A stretch of DNA of 64,000 nt from the NCBI GenBank assembly GCA_963836205.1, contig CAWIIV010000008.1:96001-160000 (forward strand), read 5' to 3'. Origin of the DNA: an uncultured Acidimicrobiia bacterium (GTDB taxonomy: Bacteria; Actinomycetota; Acidimicrobiia; Acidimicrobiales; AC-14). Shown piece after piece: positions 26,481 to 36,768 of the stretch (positions within the stretch are counted from its first letter, which is position 1; every line of letters starts with the position of its first letter). The position numbers and the translations under genes were made by a program. Under the pieces are notes generated by a model. The model worked only from the letters and a program-made list of their open reading frames with translations. It was not told the origin of the DNA and did no database searches.

Positions 26481-28279
26481 TCGCCCGCGCACTCCCCGGC
26501 GCCCACCTCGGCGGTGAAGGGGCCGGTCTCGTCGTAGTCGACGTAGAACTCGGGGCCGTCGTCGGGCGACGGGAAGTGGTCGAGGTCGGCCAGGTAGGAG
26601 GCCATGGCCTCGACGCCACCCGAGCGGTCGAGCCACTGTCCGAACGTCTCGCCCGCCGACCGCTCGGCCGCGAACCGCCCGATCAGCCGCACCGACGCCT
26701 CGCCCGCCCGCTTGGCCGGCACCCGCATCGTCTTGCGCCCGAACTCGATCTCGGCCGACCCCACCCGTCCCCCGAGCATGATCTGGTAGCCGGGAGCCGA
26801 CCGCCCGTACGCCCGCCGCTCGACGCCCACGAAGCCGATGTCGGAGATGTGGTGCTGGCCACAGGAGTTGGTGCAGCCGGAGATGTTGATGCGCACGCCG
26901 CCCACGTCGGCCAGGCCCGCGTCCTCCAACGCCTTGCCGATCTCGTCGGCCAGGCCGCGGGACTGGGTGACGGCCAGGTTGCAGGTGTCGGCGCCGGGAC
27001 AGCTGACCACGTCGCGGGCCAGCTCGGCGCCCGGCAGGGCCATCCCGATGGCGTCGAGCTTGGTGTACAGCGCCGTCAGCTGGTCTTCGGTGAGGCCTCG
27101 GAACACGAAGTTCTGGCGGTTGGTGACCCGGACGTCGCACCCCAGCTGGCGCTGGATGTTGGCGATGGCCCGGAACTGGGCGGTGGTGATGTCGCCCAGG
27201 CGGGCGTAGGCCATGGCCGACACCGTGCCCTTGGCCGCGCCCCGCACCACGTTGGCTTCGTCCCACCGCCCGTAGCGGTCGGTGGACCGCAGCATCACGT
27301 TGGTACCGACGTCCTGCCCCATGGGCGTGAGGGGGGTGCTGTTCGACGCCCCCGCGGGCTCGTCGCCCTGCTCGGTGACGTAGTCGGGCACGCCGCCGGG
27401 CCAGGTGGTGGTGGCCAGCAGCAGGCGTCGCTCCTTCATGATCCGGCGCCGCAGCTCGTCGATGCCCAGGGTGTCGACGAGCCACTTCATGCGGGCCCGG
27501 AGCTTGTTGTCGCGGTTGCCGAAGTGGTCGAAGGTGCGCAGGCACGCCTCGAGGGTGGCGAGCAGGTCCTCCCGGGACGTGAACTCCTCGAGGGCCTGGG
27601 CCGGGTGGGGGTTGGCCCCCAGCCCGCCCGCCACGAACACCCGGAACCCGGGCTCGACCGAGCCGTCGTCCTTGGGTCGGCTGACGGCGATCACGCCGAC
27701 GTCGTTGAACATGGCCTGGCCGCAGTCGGTGGCGCAGCCGGAGAAGTTGATCTTGAACTTGCGAGGCAGGCGCTGGGAGTAGCCGTGACGGAGGAAGTGC
27801 TGGAACGCGGCCTCGGCCCAGGGGCTGATGTCGAGCACCTCGAACGGGCAGGCGCCGGCCAGGTGGCAGCCCATGACGTTGCGGACGGTGTCGCCGCAGG
27901 CCTCCCGGCTCGTCATCCCGATGCTGGCCAGGTCGCGCATGAGCGACGGCACCCGCTCGAGGTCGACGAAGTGGAACTGGATGTTCTGCCGGGTGGTGAT
28001 GTGGCCCCAGCCCCGGGAGTACGTCTCCGAGATGTGGGCCATCATGTCGAGCTGCTCGGCGGAGATGGCGCCGTAGGGGACCTTGATGCGCACCATCTGG
28101 TTGTGGCCGCCCTGGCGCTGGCCGTAGATCCCGTTGTTCAGCCGGAAGATGCGGAAGCGGTCCTCGTCGAGGTCGCCCGCCAGGTAGAGGGCGAGCATCT
28201 GCTCGAACTTCTGGATGTCGGCGAGGGCGGCGGGGCTGATGGAGCCGGGGCCCACCTCCACGTCGATGGTGCGGCTCAT
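26477..28279 (-). CDS. Ferredoxin-dependent sulfite/nitrite reductase
   Basis: GIYGQRQ, HITTRQNIQ, ACGDTVRNV, LPRKFK, CPGADTC, SGCTNSCGQH (siroheme/4Fe-4S ligands). Confidence 0.92.
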   Translation of the reverse strand: MSRTIDVEVGPGSISPAALADIQKFEQMLALYLAGDLDEDRFRIFRLNNGIYGQRQGGHNQMVRIKVPYGAISAEQLDMMAHISETYSRGWGHITTRQNIQFHFVDLERVPSLMRDLASIGMTSREACGDTVRNVMGCHLAGACPFEVLDISPWAEAAFQHFLRHGYSQRLPRKFKINFSGCATDCGQAMFNDVGVIAVSRPKDDGSVEPGFRVFVAGGLGANPHPAQALEEFTSREDLLATLEACLRTFDHFGNRDNKLRARMKWLVDTLGIDELRRRIMKERRLLLATTTWPGGVPDYVTEQGDEPAGASNSTPLTPMGQDVGTNVMLRSTDRYGRWDEANVVRGAAKGTVSAMAYARLGDITTAQFRAIANIQRQLGCDVRVTNRQNFVFRGLTEDQLTALYTKLDAIGMALPGAELARDVVSCPGADTCNLAVTQSRGLADEIGKALEDAGLADVGGVRINISGCTNSCGQHHISDIGFVGVERRAYGRSAPGYQIMLGGRVGSAEIEFGRKTMRVPAKRAGEASVRLIGRFAAERSAGETFGQWLDRSGGVEAMASYLADLDHFPSPDDGPEFYVDYDETGPFTAEVGAGECAGE

Positions 28280-28316
28280 GCCCGACAGAATACCGATTCC
28301 CGACCTTTGTACTCAA

Positions 28317-29081
28317 CTATGTGGGAATTTCTCTCCGCAGGTCACCCGCCGCCTCCGGCTCCAGCCCTTCCAACGGCTGCACCGGGCGTCGTCCCCGCTC
28401 CACCCGCCAGATGCTGAAAGTCGCCGTCGACAGCGCCAGCCAGGCGATGCCCAGCACGATGCCACCCACCACGTCGCTCACGTAGTGGACCCCGAGGGCG
28501 AGGCGGGTGAAACCGATGGCCAGCACCAGCCCGGCCGTGCCCGCCACCACCCACGGCCGCCACCGGCGGGCCACCGCCGGTAGGAACGCCAGCAGGAGGG
28601 CGCCGTAGCAGACCGTCGACGACATAGCGTGGCCCGACGGGAAGCTCTTGCCCCGGGCGCTGGCCACCGGGTCGAGGAGGAAAGGACGGGGCCGGTCGAC
28701 CGCGATCTTGACCACGGTGTCGATGAGGCTGCCGACCAGGGCGGTGACCACCAGGAACACCGCCAGCCGAACACGGCCCACCCGCACCAGCCACACCACG
28801 GCCACGGTCATCACCACCCACAGCCAGATGGGAGCGCCCAGGTTGGTGACCGCCTTGAGCGGGCCGACCACCCCGGGCGAGCCCTGCACCCACTGGTGGA
28901 GGCGGTCGAGGCCGGCCGTGTCGAGGTCGACCAGCCGCCCGTCACCTCTCACCTGGCTCACCAGCAGCCCGAACGGCACCGCCACCAGGGCGAAGGCGAG
29001 GGCGAACAGCGTCACCCGCAGGCCGTACCGCTGCGCCGGGTCGAGCCGGCGGAGGAGGGATTCCCGCAGCGACGACCTCAC
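28317..29081 (-). CDS. PAP2-family membrane phosphatase
   Basis: KIAVDRPRP, SFPSGH, TRLALGVHYVSDV. Confidence 0.88.
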   Translation of the reverse strand: MRSSLRESLLRRLDPAQRYGLRVTLFALAFALVAVPFGLLVSQVRGDGRLVDLDTAGLDRLHQWVQGSPGVVGPLKAVTNLGAPIWLWVVMTVAVVWLVRVGRVRLAVFLVVTALVGSLIDTVVKIAVDRPRPFLLDPVASARGKSFPSGHAMSSTVCYGALLLAFLPAVARRWRPWVVAGTAGLVLAIGFTRLALGVHYVSDVVGGIVLGIAWLALSTATFSIWRVERGRRPVQPLEGLEPEAAGDLRREIPT

Positions 29082-30430
29082 GGGGCGGGTGCGAAGACCG
29101 CCAGGGGTTCGTCGGCCTTGCAGATGTCGAACTCTTCCGACCCGTCGAACGTCTCGCCGTCGCGTGCCAGCCGCAACGGCCCGTCGAGCGACCGCACGTG
29201 CATGGTGCGGACGCAGCGCTGCTCGTAAACCCCGCACCGGCCGAGGGTCCCGGTGAAGACGGCGGCCAGCAACCGCAGCCGCGACCACGGGTGGCCGTGG
29301 ACGATGCGGATGTCGAGGATCCCGTCGTCGAGCTGTTCCCGCCAGCTGGGTCCGAACCCGTCGGGGTGGTAGCGGCAGTTGCCGATGAAGATCATCCACA
29401 CCGTGGTCGCCACCCCGTCCAGCTCGACCGCCACCGGCTCCGAGTGACGCAAGGTGTGCGCCAGGGCCACCATCATCGCCGGCCACTTCCCGATCCGGTC
29501 CTCCAGCTTCTCCCGGGCGTCGACGAGGTCGGTGTAGCTGCCGATGCTGCCCGTGTTGAGGAACGTGTGGCCGTCGATCTCGGCGCGGTCGACCACCACC
29601 ACCTGGCCGTCGCGCACGGCCGCGGCCGCGTCGGCGATGGTCTCCACGCCGAGGGCGTGGGCGAAGTGGTTGAGGGTGCCGCCCGGGACAACCAGGAGCG
29701 GGACCTTGCGCTCGGCCGCCACCTCGGCCGCCGCGTTCACCGTCCCGTCGCCCCCCGCCACCCCCAGGGCGCAGGCCCGTTCGGCCGCGTCCTCGAGCGC
29801 CTGGCCGAGGTCGTCGCCCGCACCCGCGTCCACCTCCACGATCTCGGCCCGGGGCAGCTCGTCCCGCAGCTCCTCGGCCACCTTGCCGGCGCTTCCGGCG
29901 GAGGCGTTGACGACAACCACCAGCCCGTCTCCCTCGGGGGACGGGTCGACGTGGGACGACGTGAGGGCGGCGCGGGCGTCGGCCGCCTCGTGGGGGGCGA
30001 CCGGCCACAGGCGGCGGGTGGCGATGCCGGCGGCCACGCCGACCGCGGCCCCCCCGGCCAGGTCCGACACGTGGTCGACGCCGGCCCGGACCCGGGAGTA
30101 CGACACCAGCCCGGCCAACGCGGCCACCGGGGCCGCCGCCACGGGGAGCTCCTGGGCCACCCCGGTGACGAAGCCGAAGGCGGCGGCGGCGTGGGCCGAC
30201 GGGAACGACGACGTCGTCGGGCGGCGAATCCCGGGGATGCGGCGGGACGGGCGGGGACGGGCCCGCCGGGCGAGCAGCTTGATCGGCCCGTTCGACACCG
30301 CCGAGGCCAGGCCGGCCGCCATCAGGCCCCGCAGGGCCGCCCGCCGCCCGAAGCGACCACCCGACGCGGACAGCACCGCGGCCACGAGCAGCCACAGCCG
30401 GGAACGGTCGGCCACCCGGGAGGCGGCCAC
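29078..30430 (-). CDS. Bifunctional PAP2 phosphatase / diacylglycerol kinase-like protein
   Basis: SFPSAH, SRVRAGVDH; VNASAG, GGDGTV, PGGTLNHFA, DGE; 5' end uncertain. Confidence 0.85.
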   Translation of the reverse strand: MAASRVADRSRLWLLVAAVLSASGGRFGRRAALRGLMAAGLASAVSNGPIKLLARRARPRPSRRIPGIRRPTTSSFPSAHAAAAFGFVTGVAQELPVAAAPVAALAGLVSYSRVRAGVDHVSDLAGGAAVGVAAGIATRRLWPVAPHEAADARAALTSSHVDPSPEGDGLVVVVNASAGSAGKVAEELRDELPRAEIVEVDAGAGDDLGQALEDAAERACALGVAGGDGTVNAAAEVAAERKVPLLVVPGGTLNHFAHALGVETIADAAAAVRDGQVVVVDRAEIDGHTFLNTGSIGSYTDLVDAREKLEDRIGKWPAMMVALAHTLRHSEPVAVELDGVATTVWMIFIGNCRYHPDGFGPSWREQLDDGILDIRIVHGHPWSRLRLLAAVFTGTLGRCGVYEQRCVRTMHVRSLDGPLRLARDGETFDGSEEFDICKADEPLAVFAPAP

Positions 30431-30467
30431 CGCCAGCCGGTCGGCCCGCCCCGTCCGCGTCGGCGCC

Positions 30468-31340
30468 TCATCGGGTGGGGAGGCGGCGGAACCGGGCCTC
30501 GGCGAAGGAGAACAGCCCGTAAGCGGCCAGGCCCAGGGCGACGACCGAAAGCAGGATGGGGCCGTAGTCGCGCGCCGCCAGCCGGCGGAGGGCGCCGTCG
30601 ATGCCGACGGCCTCCTGGGCGTCGGCCTGGGCGGCAGCTACCACCAAGAGGGCTCCGATGATGAAGAAGACGACCATGCGGGCGATGTTGCCGACCGTAC
30701 CCAGCCGGAGGATCCACCGCCGCTCGCCAGGCTCCATCTCGTAGCCCTTGAGCCGCTTGGCGAACTTCTGCTTCACCCCCCGCCACCCGATGTAGAGGCC
30801 GGCACCGACGACGACCAGGCCCGTCACCGCCACCAGCAGCCGGCCGCCGGGCCATCCGAGCACCCGAGCGGTCCAGTCGGTGGTGACGTTCTCCTGCCCG
30901 GACCCTTCGTCCGCCCCAACCAGCAGCCGGGCCGCGCTGGCGCAGAGGCCGGTGTAGAGCAGGCCCCGGGCCCCGTAACCCACCCGCTTGAGGGCCGCCT
31001 TGCGGGAGTCCTTCTCGCCTCCCGGGGGCCCGAGGGCGGCCTCGACGAAGCGCCAGAGGGCGTAGCCGGCGAAGCCCACCGCCATGCAGGCCACCAGCAC
31101 CTTGCCCAGCGGCTGGCGCACCACCGCCTGGAGCGCCCCCTGCTTGTCGGCCCGCTCGTCGAAGTTGCCGGTGGCGATACGGAGGGCGAGGAGGGCCACC
31201 ACCAGGTAGAGGAACCCCCGGGCGACCATCCCGAAGCGGGCCAGGCGCTTGAACCAGTCGTGGGACGCGACGTCGCCGACGACGTCCTCCGCCCGGTCGG
31301 CGAGGTCCTCGGTTCGGTCCTCGGTCTGACGATTGGTCAC
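30468..31340 (-). CDS. DUF1206 membrane protein
   Basis: LARFGMVARG, QPLGKVL, YALWR, GIDGAL; repeated TM units. Confidence 0.8.
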   Translation of the reverse strand: MTNRQTEDRTEDLADRAEDVVGDVASHDWFKRLARFGMVARGFLYLVVALLALRIATGNFDERADKQGALQAVVRQPLGKVLVACMAVGFAGYALWRFVEAALGPPGGEKDSRKAALKRVGYGARGLLYTGLCASAARLLVGADEGSGQENVTTDWTARVLGWPGGRLLVAVTGLVVVGAGLYIGWRGVKQKFAKRLKGYEMEPGERRWILRLGTVGNIARMVVFFIIGALLVVAAAQADAQEAVGIDGALRRLAARDYGPILLSVVALGLAAYGLFSFAEARFRRLPTR

Positions 31341-31401
31341 GAGCCGGGTGTCCCCGACCGGCCCAGGCGCAAACGTCACCCAGGCCGTGGCCTCCGATCG
31401 G

Positions 31402-31989
31402 TCAGGTCTTCCACCGCAGGTGGGGGAGGTTGGCCGCCTTGACGCCTGGTGAACGCCGCGCCGACTTCACCTTTTCGACCGCCTTGAGCGGCACCCAGAG
31501 GACCAGCTCGACCAGGTAGAAGAGGCCGATCGAGGCGCCGACCAGGATCGCCGGGGGCACCACGATAGGCAGGGCCACGGCGCTGACGAGCAGGACCCGG
31601 GGCGACTCGCGGAGCCAGCCCTTGCGGCCACCTGCCTTGAACAGCGCCCCCCAGCGGACCGCCGCCCACATGATCCAGCGCTTCAGGAAGGGCACACCGA
31701 GCTCGCGCATCGCCTGGCGGAAGATGCCGTCGGCATCGACGTAGTCCAACTGCCCGTTCCTGGCCCGCTCCCGCCACAGGTAGTCGTGAAGGATGGCGGC
31801 CTTCGTGTACCGGCCGTATCGGGGCAGGAACCACACGAAGATCCGCGGCACCGACGCGAAGTCCGTCTCCTGCCGCACCGGGACGTCGAAGGTCTCCGAT
31901 CTCGCGGCGTAGGTGAGCCCTCGTTGCAACCGCCAGTTTTCGTCGTCGATCTGCTCGACAAGAACCTCGCCGTGCGCGAAACCCGTCAT
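31402..31989 (-). CDS. DUF1353 protein
   Basis: TDFASVPR, KAAILHDYL, ADGIF...M, MWAAVR. Confidence 0.8.
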   Translation of the reverse strand: MTGFAHGEVLVEQIDDENWRLQRGLTYAARSETFDVPVRQETDFASVPRIFVWFLPRYGRYTKAAILHDYLWRERARNGQLDYVDADGIFRQAMRELGVPFLKRWIMWAAVRWGALFKAGGRKGWLRESPRVLLVSAVALPIVVPPAILVGASIGLFYLVELVLWVPLKAVEKVKSARRSPGVKAANLPHLRWKT

Positions 31990-32092
31990 CCCGCCGCCCT
32001 TCGCCGTAGTCGTACGTCTCTACGACACGCCGGGCGGCTCAGAAATACGTCGAACTTCGAGCGGGGGATAGAAACCGCCCCTGCGACCGTCT

Positions 32093-32169
32093 TGGTGGGC
32101 CGTGAGGGACTCGAACCCCCGGCCTCCTGCGCGTCATGCAGGCGCTCTAGCCAACTGAGCTAACGGCCC
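32093..32169 (-). tRNA. tRNA-Val(GAC)
   Basis: Reverse complement GGGCCGTTAGCTCAGTTGGCTAGAGCGCCTGCATGACGCGCAGGAGGCCGGGGGTTCGAGTCCCTCACGGCCCACCA. Confidence 0.95.
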
Positions 32170-32194
32170 CCCAATGGATGCAACTGGGGCGACC

Positions 32195-35100
32195 TTATCG
32201 CGACCGGCCGTCGTCCACGCCGGGAACGAAGGGCTCGCCGGGAACGAAGGGCTCGCCGGGAACGAAGCCCTGACGCAGGGTGTTCTCGCTCACCGCCCGG
32301 GGCTCGAGGAACTGGAGCAGGTAGTCGGGGCCTCCTGCCTTCGACCCCACGCCCGACAACCCGTACCCCCCGAACGGGTGGCGGCCGACGATGGCGCCGG
32401 TGATGGCGCGGTTCACGTACACGTTCCCGGCCCGCAGCTCGGCCTCGGCCAGGCGGATGTTGGCCGGCGAGCGCGACAGCACCCCGGCGGTCAGTGCGTA
32501 GTCGGTGACGTTGGCCAGCCCGATGGCGTCCTCGAAGGTCGGCGCCCTCATGACCGACAGGACGGGCCCGAAGATCTCGTCGGTGGCCAGTCGGCTGCCG
32601 GCCTTCACGTCGGCCACCACCGTCGGCCCCACGAACCAGCCCTGGTCGGGGACGTCGTCCCGGGCCGCGACCACCCGCCCCTCCATGGGCGCGAACTCGA
32701 CGTACGACCGCACCCGCTTGAACGCCTCGGCGTCGATCAGGGGGCCGAGGTCGGTGCCCATCTCCCGGGGATGGCCGACCCGCAGCTGCCGGGCCCCGCC
32801 TGCCACCCGCTCTACCATCTGGTCGTAGACGGCGTCGACCACGATCAGCCGGGACAGGGCCGAGCACTTCTGGCCGGCGTAGCCGAACGCCGAGCCGAGG
32901 GCGATGGGGACGGCCTGGTCGAGGTCGGCGTCGGCGTCGACCACGAGGGCGTTCTTGCCCCCCATCTCCGCCACCACCCGCTTGACGTGGCGCTGGCCGA
33001 GGCCGGTGGACGGCCGCGGCCTGGATGATCTGGAGCCCGACCGCCTTGGAGCCGGTGAAGGCCACGAACGACACGTCGGGGTGTTCCACCAGGTAGGCGC
33101 CCACGTCCTCGCCCACGCCGGGGAGGAAGGCCAGCACCCCCGGCGGCAGGCCGCCCGCCACCAGCGCCTCCACCAGCTTCGACGCCACCGCCGGCGTCTG
33201 CTCGGCCGGCTTGAACAGCACCGCATTGCCGGTGACCAGGGCGGCCGCCACCATGCCCGTGGGGATGGCCAGGGGGAAGTTCCACGGGGCGATGACGACG
33301 CCGATGCCCCGTCCCTGGTAGTGGAGCCGGTTGTGCTCCCCCGGGGGCGACTGCACCGCCCCGCCCCGGTCCAACCGCAGCATCTCCCGCCCGTAGTACT
33401 CGAGGAAGTCGATGGCCTCGGCCACGTCGGCGTCGGCGTCCTTCCACGGCTTGCCCGCCTCGAACACCTCCAACGCGGTCAGGTCGGGACGCCGGGCCCG
33501 CATCCACTCCGCGGCCCGGAACAGCACCGCCGACCGCTCCCCCGCCGGAGTCCGCCGCCAGGCCGGCCACGCCCGGCGGGCCGCGTCCATCGCCGCCTCC
33601 GCCTCCACCGATGTGCACGACGCCGACTCGGCCACGATCGTGTTGGGGTCGGCGGGGTCGACCGAACGGATCACGGCCGCGGTGTGGACGGGGCGCCCGT
33701 CGATCACGGCCGGCAGCCGCAGCAGGAGCCCTTGGTCGGCGGTTCGCTGGACGGCCGCGGCGTACGTCGCCCGCACCGTCGCCCGCCGCCACTCGGCCAC
33801 CGGCTCGGGCTCGTAGGCCCCCGGTGCCCGGGGATCGGTCGGGGGCCGGCGGGCAGGCGCCTCGGGACCGGGAAGGGTGTCGACGTCGGGTGGGGCCAGG
33901 ACCTCGTCGAGCCCCCGCCCCTCCACGAACCGCCGGCGGACGAAGCTCTCGTTGGCCGTGTTCTCCAGCAGCCGCCGCACCAGGTAGGCCATCCCCGGCA
34001 CCAACTCCCCCACCGGGGCGTAGACCCGCAGCCGCATACCCATCCTGCGGACGGCGGAGTGCAGCGGCTCGGCCATCCCGTAGAGGAGCTGCACCTCGTA
34101 GCCGGCGTCGGGGATGCCCTTCGACCGCCCGTAGGCGATGGCGTAGCCGAGGGAGCGCAGGTTGTGGCTACCGAAGGCGGCCCGCACCTCGCCGTGGTGG
34201 TCGTGCAGGAGCCGGGTGCAGCGCTCGTAGTTGGCGTCGGTCTCCGCCTTGCGGGCGAACACGGGCACGGGCCAGCCCTCGGCCTGGGCCAGCACCGTCT
34301 CCGTGTCCCAGTAGGCGCCCTTGACCAGGCGGACGGTGATGGGCCGCTGCCGTCCGGACGAGAAGGCGATCAGGTCGGCCAGGTCGTCGCGGGAGTCCTT
34401 GAGATAGGCCTGGATGACGATGCCGGCATCGAGGTCGGCGAACTCAGGCTCTTCCAACAGCTCCCGGAAGAGCTGGAGGGTGAGGTCCTTGACGTCGTAG
34501 TGCTCGGCGTCGAAGTGGACGAACGCACCGCCCGTCATGGCCTGGCGGAGGATCGGACGCAGGCGGGCCTTGGCCTGGTCGAGGCCCTCGGCCCGGGTGA
34601 GGGGCGAGTAACGGGCGGAGAGGGCGGTGGGCTTGACGCTCACGTTCACCCTCGGCAGGGGGCCGAGGTCGTCGAACTCGAGGAGGTCGTCGGGTGCCCA
34701 GTGCGGTGCCTCGGCGAGGAGGGTGGCCAGCAGGCGGCTGACCCGGGCCGCGTACCGGTCGGCCTCCCCGTCGGTGACGGTCTTCTCCCCCAGGAGGTCG
34801 ACCGTGAAGGCGCGCCCCGATCGCCACAGCCGGTGGAGGCCGGCCACTGCGTCGGACGGGCCGGTGCCGACGATGAACTGCTCCGCCACCCGGGTGATGT
34901 TGCGACGGGCAATCGTGGCCGCCGCCGCCTTGCCGAACGGGACGTGGTCGGCCACGTCGAGGCCGAGGTCGAGCACCTTGGGGACGTCGGCCCCCTCGAA
35001 GTACTCATCGAGGTGACGCATCACGTCGGCGTCGCTCGTCGTCGCCGGGAAGACGTCGACGAACCGGAAGAGCTGGGTCTTGAACGACGGGTGCGACATG

Positions 35101-35222
35101 GCCCACTCGAGCATGCGCTCGGTCCACCGGGACGACTGGACCACGCCCGAGCGGTGGTTGCCGGCGAGCTCCGCCAACTGATGGGCGACGGCCGTCGCGG
35201 TCCTATCGAGCGACGTCGCCAT
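32195..35222 (-). CDS. putA: Bifunctional proline dehydrogenase / P5C dehydrogenase (frameshift near 33005)
   Basis: LFRFVDVFP, RLVKGAYWD, AYLVRRLLEN, IAPWNFP, FTGS; second frame EMGGKN, GQKCSA, EIFGPV, PFGG. Confidence 0.9.
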
Positions 35223-35362
35223 GGCTACCGAATGTACGGCAGCCGCACCGCTACCGAAGCGGTCTTTGCCGCCCGCCCGGCAGCCTCGGGTGCGGCAATC
35301 CCGGCCGAACGCCCGACGACCGCCGAGGCAGCCGACAAGGCGCGGGTAAGCTGCCGACGAAG

Positions 35363-35434
35363 GGCGGCGTGGCCGAGTGGTTTAGGCAAGGGCCTGCAAA
35401 GCCCTGTACAGCGGTTCGATTCCGCTCGCCGCCT
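35363..35434 (+). tRNA. tRNA-Cys(GCA); island attachment site
   Basis: GGCGGCGTGGCCGAGTGG...AGGGC-CTGCAAA-GCCCT...GGTTCGATTCC.CTCGCCGCCT. Confidence 0.95.
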
Positions 35435-35544
35435 CTAGTGAACTAGCAGGTCAAGGGCCATCCCAGCAGGGATGGCCCTTCTCATTTCCGGTCGCATCCC
35501 ATATTCGTCCCATATCTGTCCCAACCCTGCCGTAAACTTCGGGC

Positions 35545-36768
35545 GTGGCGAGAGCGGAGTACGGCGGAGGATCGATCCGGCAGCGGGGCGAGGGTCGATG
35601 GGAGCTGCGGGTGTTCGTCGGCCGGGACCCGGCGACCAGACGCCTCCGCTACGTCAGCCGGTCCGTGCGGGGTAGCAAGAAGCAGGCCGTAGCGGCCCTG
35701 GCTGCGCTGGTCACCGAGGTAGGCGCCGGAGTCGGCGGTCACAAAGGATCGGATGCGACGGTCGGCGAGTTGGTCGAGCAGTGGCTGGAGCTCCGGCGGG
35801 AGGCGTTGTCGCTAACGACCTACGAGGCCTACCTGGGGAAGGCCCGGTTCCGGCTGATCCCCGGGCTCGGGTCGATCGCGGTCCGGAAGCTGACCGTGCG
35901 GGACATCGACGTGTTCTACCGGTCGCTGCGCGAGGAGAAGCTGGCGGCCTCAACCATCCGCCAGATCCACAACATCCTGGCCGGGTCGCTTGACCAGGCG
36001 GTGCGGTGGGGTTGGCGCAGCGACAACCCGGCGCGGTGGGCGACGTTGCCGACGGCCCGCCAGGCCGAAGTGCGCCCGCCGGCGCCCGCCGAGGTCCTTG
36101 CCGCTATCGAGGGTGCCGACCCGGAGTTCGCCGTGTTCATCCGTGTCGCCGCCGCGGCGGGGAGCCGGCGCGGCGAAGTGGGGGCGTTGCGCTGGCCGGC
36201 CGTCGACCTGGAGGCCGGGGAGCTGGTGATCTCCAAAGCGCTCATCGAGAGCAACACCCGGGTCATCTACGAAAAGGACACCAAGACCCACCAGGCCCGC
36301 CGGATCGCCCTCGACGCCGGGACGGTCGCGGCCCTTCGGGCCTGGAGGGAGGAGTGTGATCGAAGGGCGGCCCTGTGCGGCGTCGCGGTTCTGCGCGATG
36401 GCTACGTTTTCAGCGCCCAGCCCGACGGGTCCGAGCCCTGGCGGCCCTACCACTGGACGAGCGCCTGGCGGCGGCTACGCGACCGCGCCGGCATCGACAA
36501 GTCCGTGCGTCTGCACGACCTCCGCCATTTCGCGGCCACCCGCCTCCTCGACGCCGGGGTCCCGGTGAAGACGGTCAGCGGTCGCCTCGGCCACGCCCGG
36601 CCAGCGACGACGCTGAACATCTACGCCCACTTCGTCCCCGCCACCGACCGTCTGGCCGCCGACGCCATGGGCCGGATCCTGTCCCCTGTCGAGGTGCTCG
36701 TGCGCCTCGCCGAGCGGCCGGAAACAGGCCAGGGCACGCTGGTACCGCCCGGTAGCGTGAACCGGTGA
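35545..36768 (+). CDS. Tyrosine recombinase / integrase
   Basis: GSRRGEV (R), K, LHDLRH, RLGH, NIYAH catalytic residues; arm-binding N-terminus GSIRQRG..RW. Confidence 0.93.
   Translation: MARAEYGGGSIRQRGEGRWELRVFVGRDPATRRLRYVSRSVRGSKKQAVAALAALVTEVGAGVGGHKGSDATVGELVEQWLELRREALSLTTYEAYLGKARFRLIPGLGSIAVRKLTVRDIDVFYRSLREEKLAASTIRQIHNILAGSLDQAVRWGWRSDNPARWATLPTARQAEVRPPAPAEVLAAIEGADPEFAVFIRVAAAAGSRRGEVGALRWPAVDLEAGELVISKALIESNTRVIYEKDTKTHQARRIALDAGTVAALRAWREECDRRAALCGVAVLRDGYVFSAQPDGSEPWRPYHWTSAWRRLRDRAGIDKSVRLHDLRHFAATRLLDAGVPVKTVSGRLGHARPATTLNIYAHFVPATDRLAADAMGRILSPVEVLVRLAERPETGQGTLVPPGSVNR

Noticed and set aside
32219-32267. 18-bp tandem repeat at the putA 3' end (FVPGEP)
   Set aside because: Simple slippage extending the C-terminal tail; no sign of function.
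32195-35222. putA as part of the proline-codon recoding system
   Set aside because: It is about 27 kb away, is an ordinary catabolic gene, and shows no link in the sequence.
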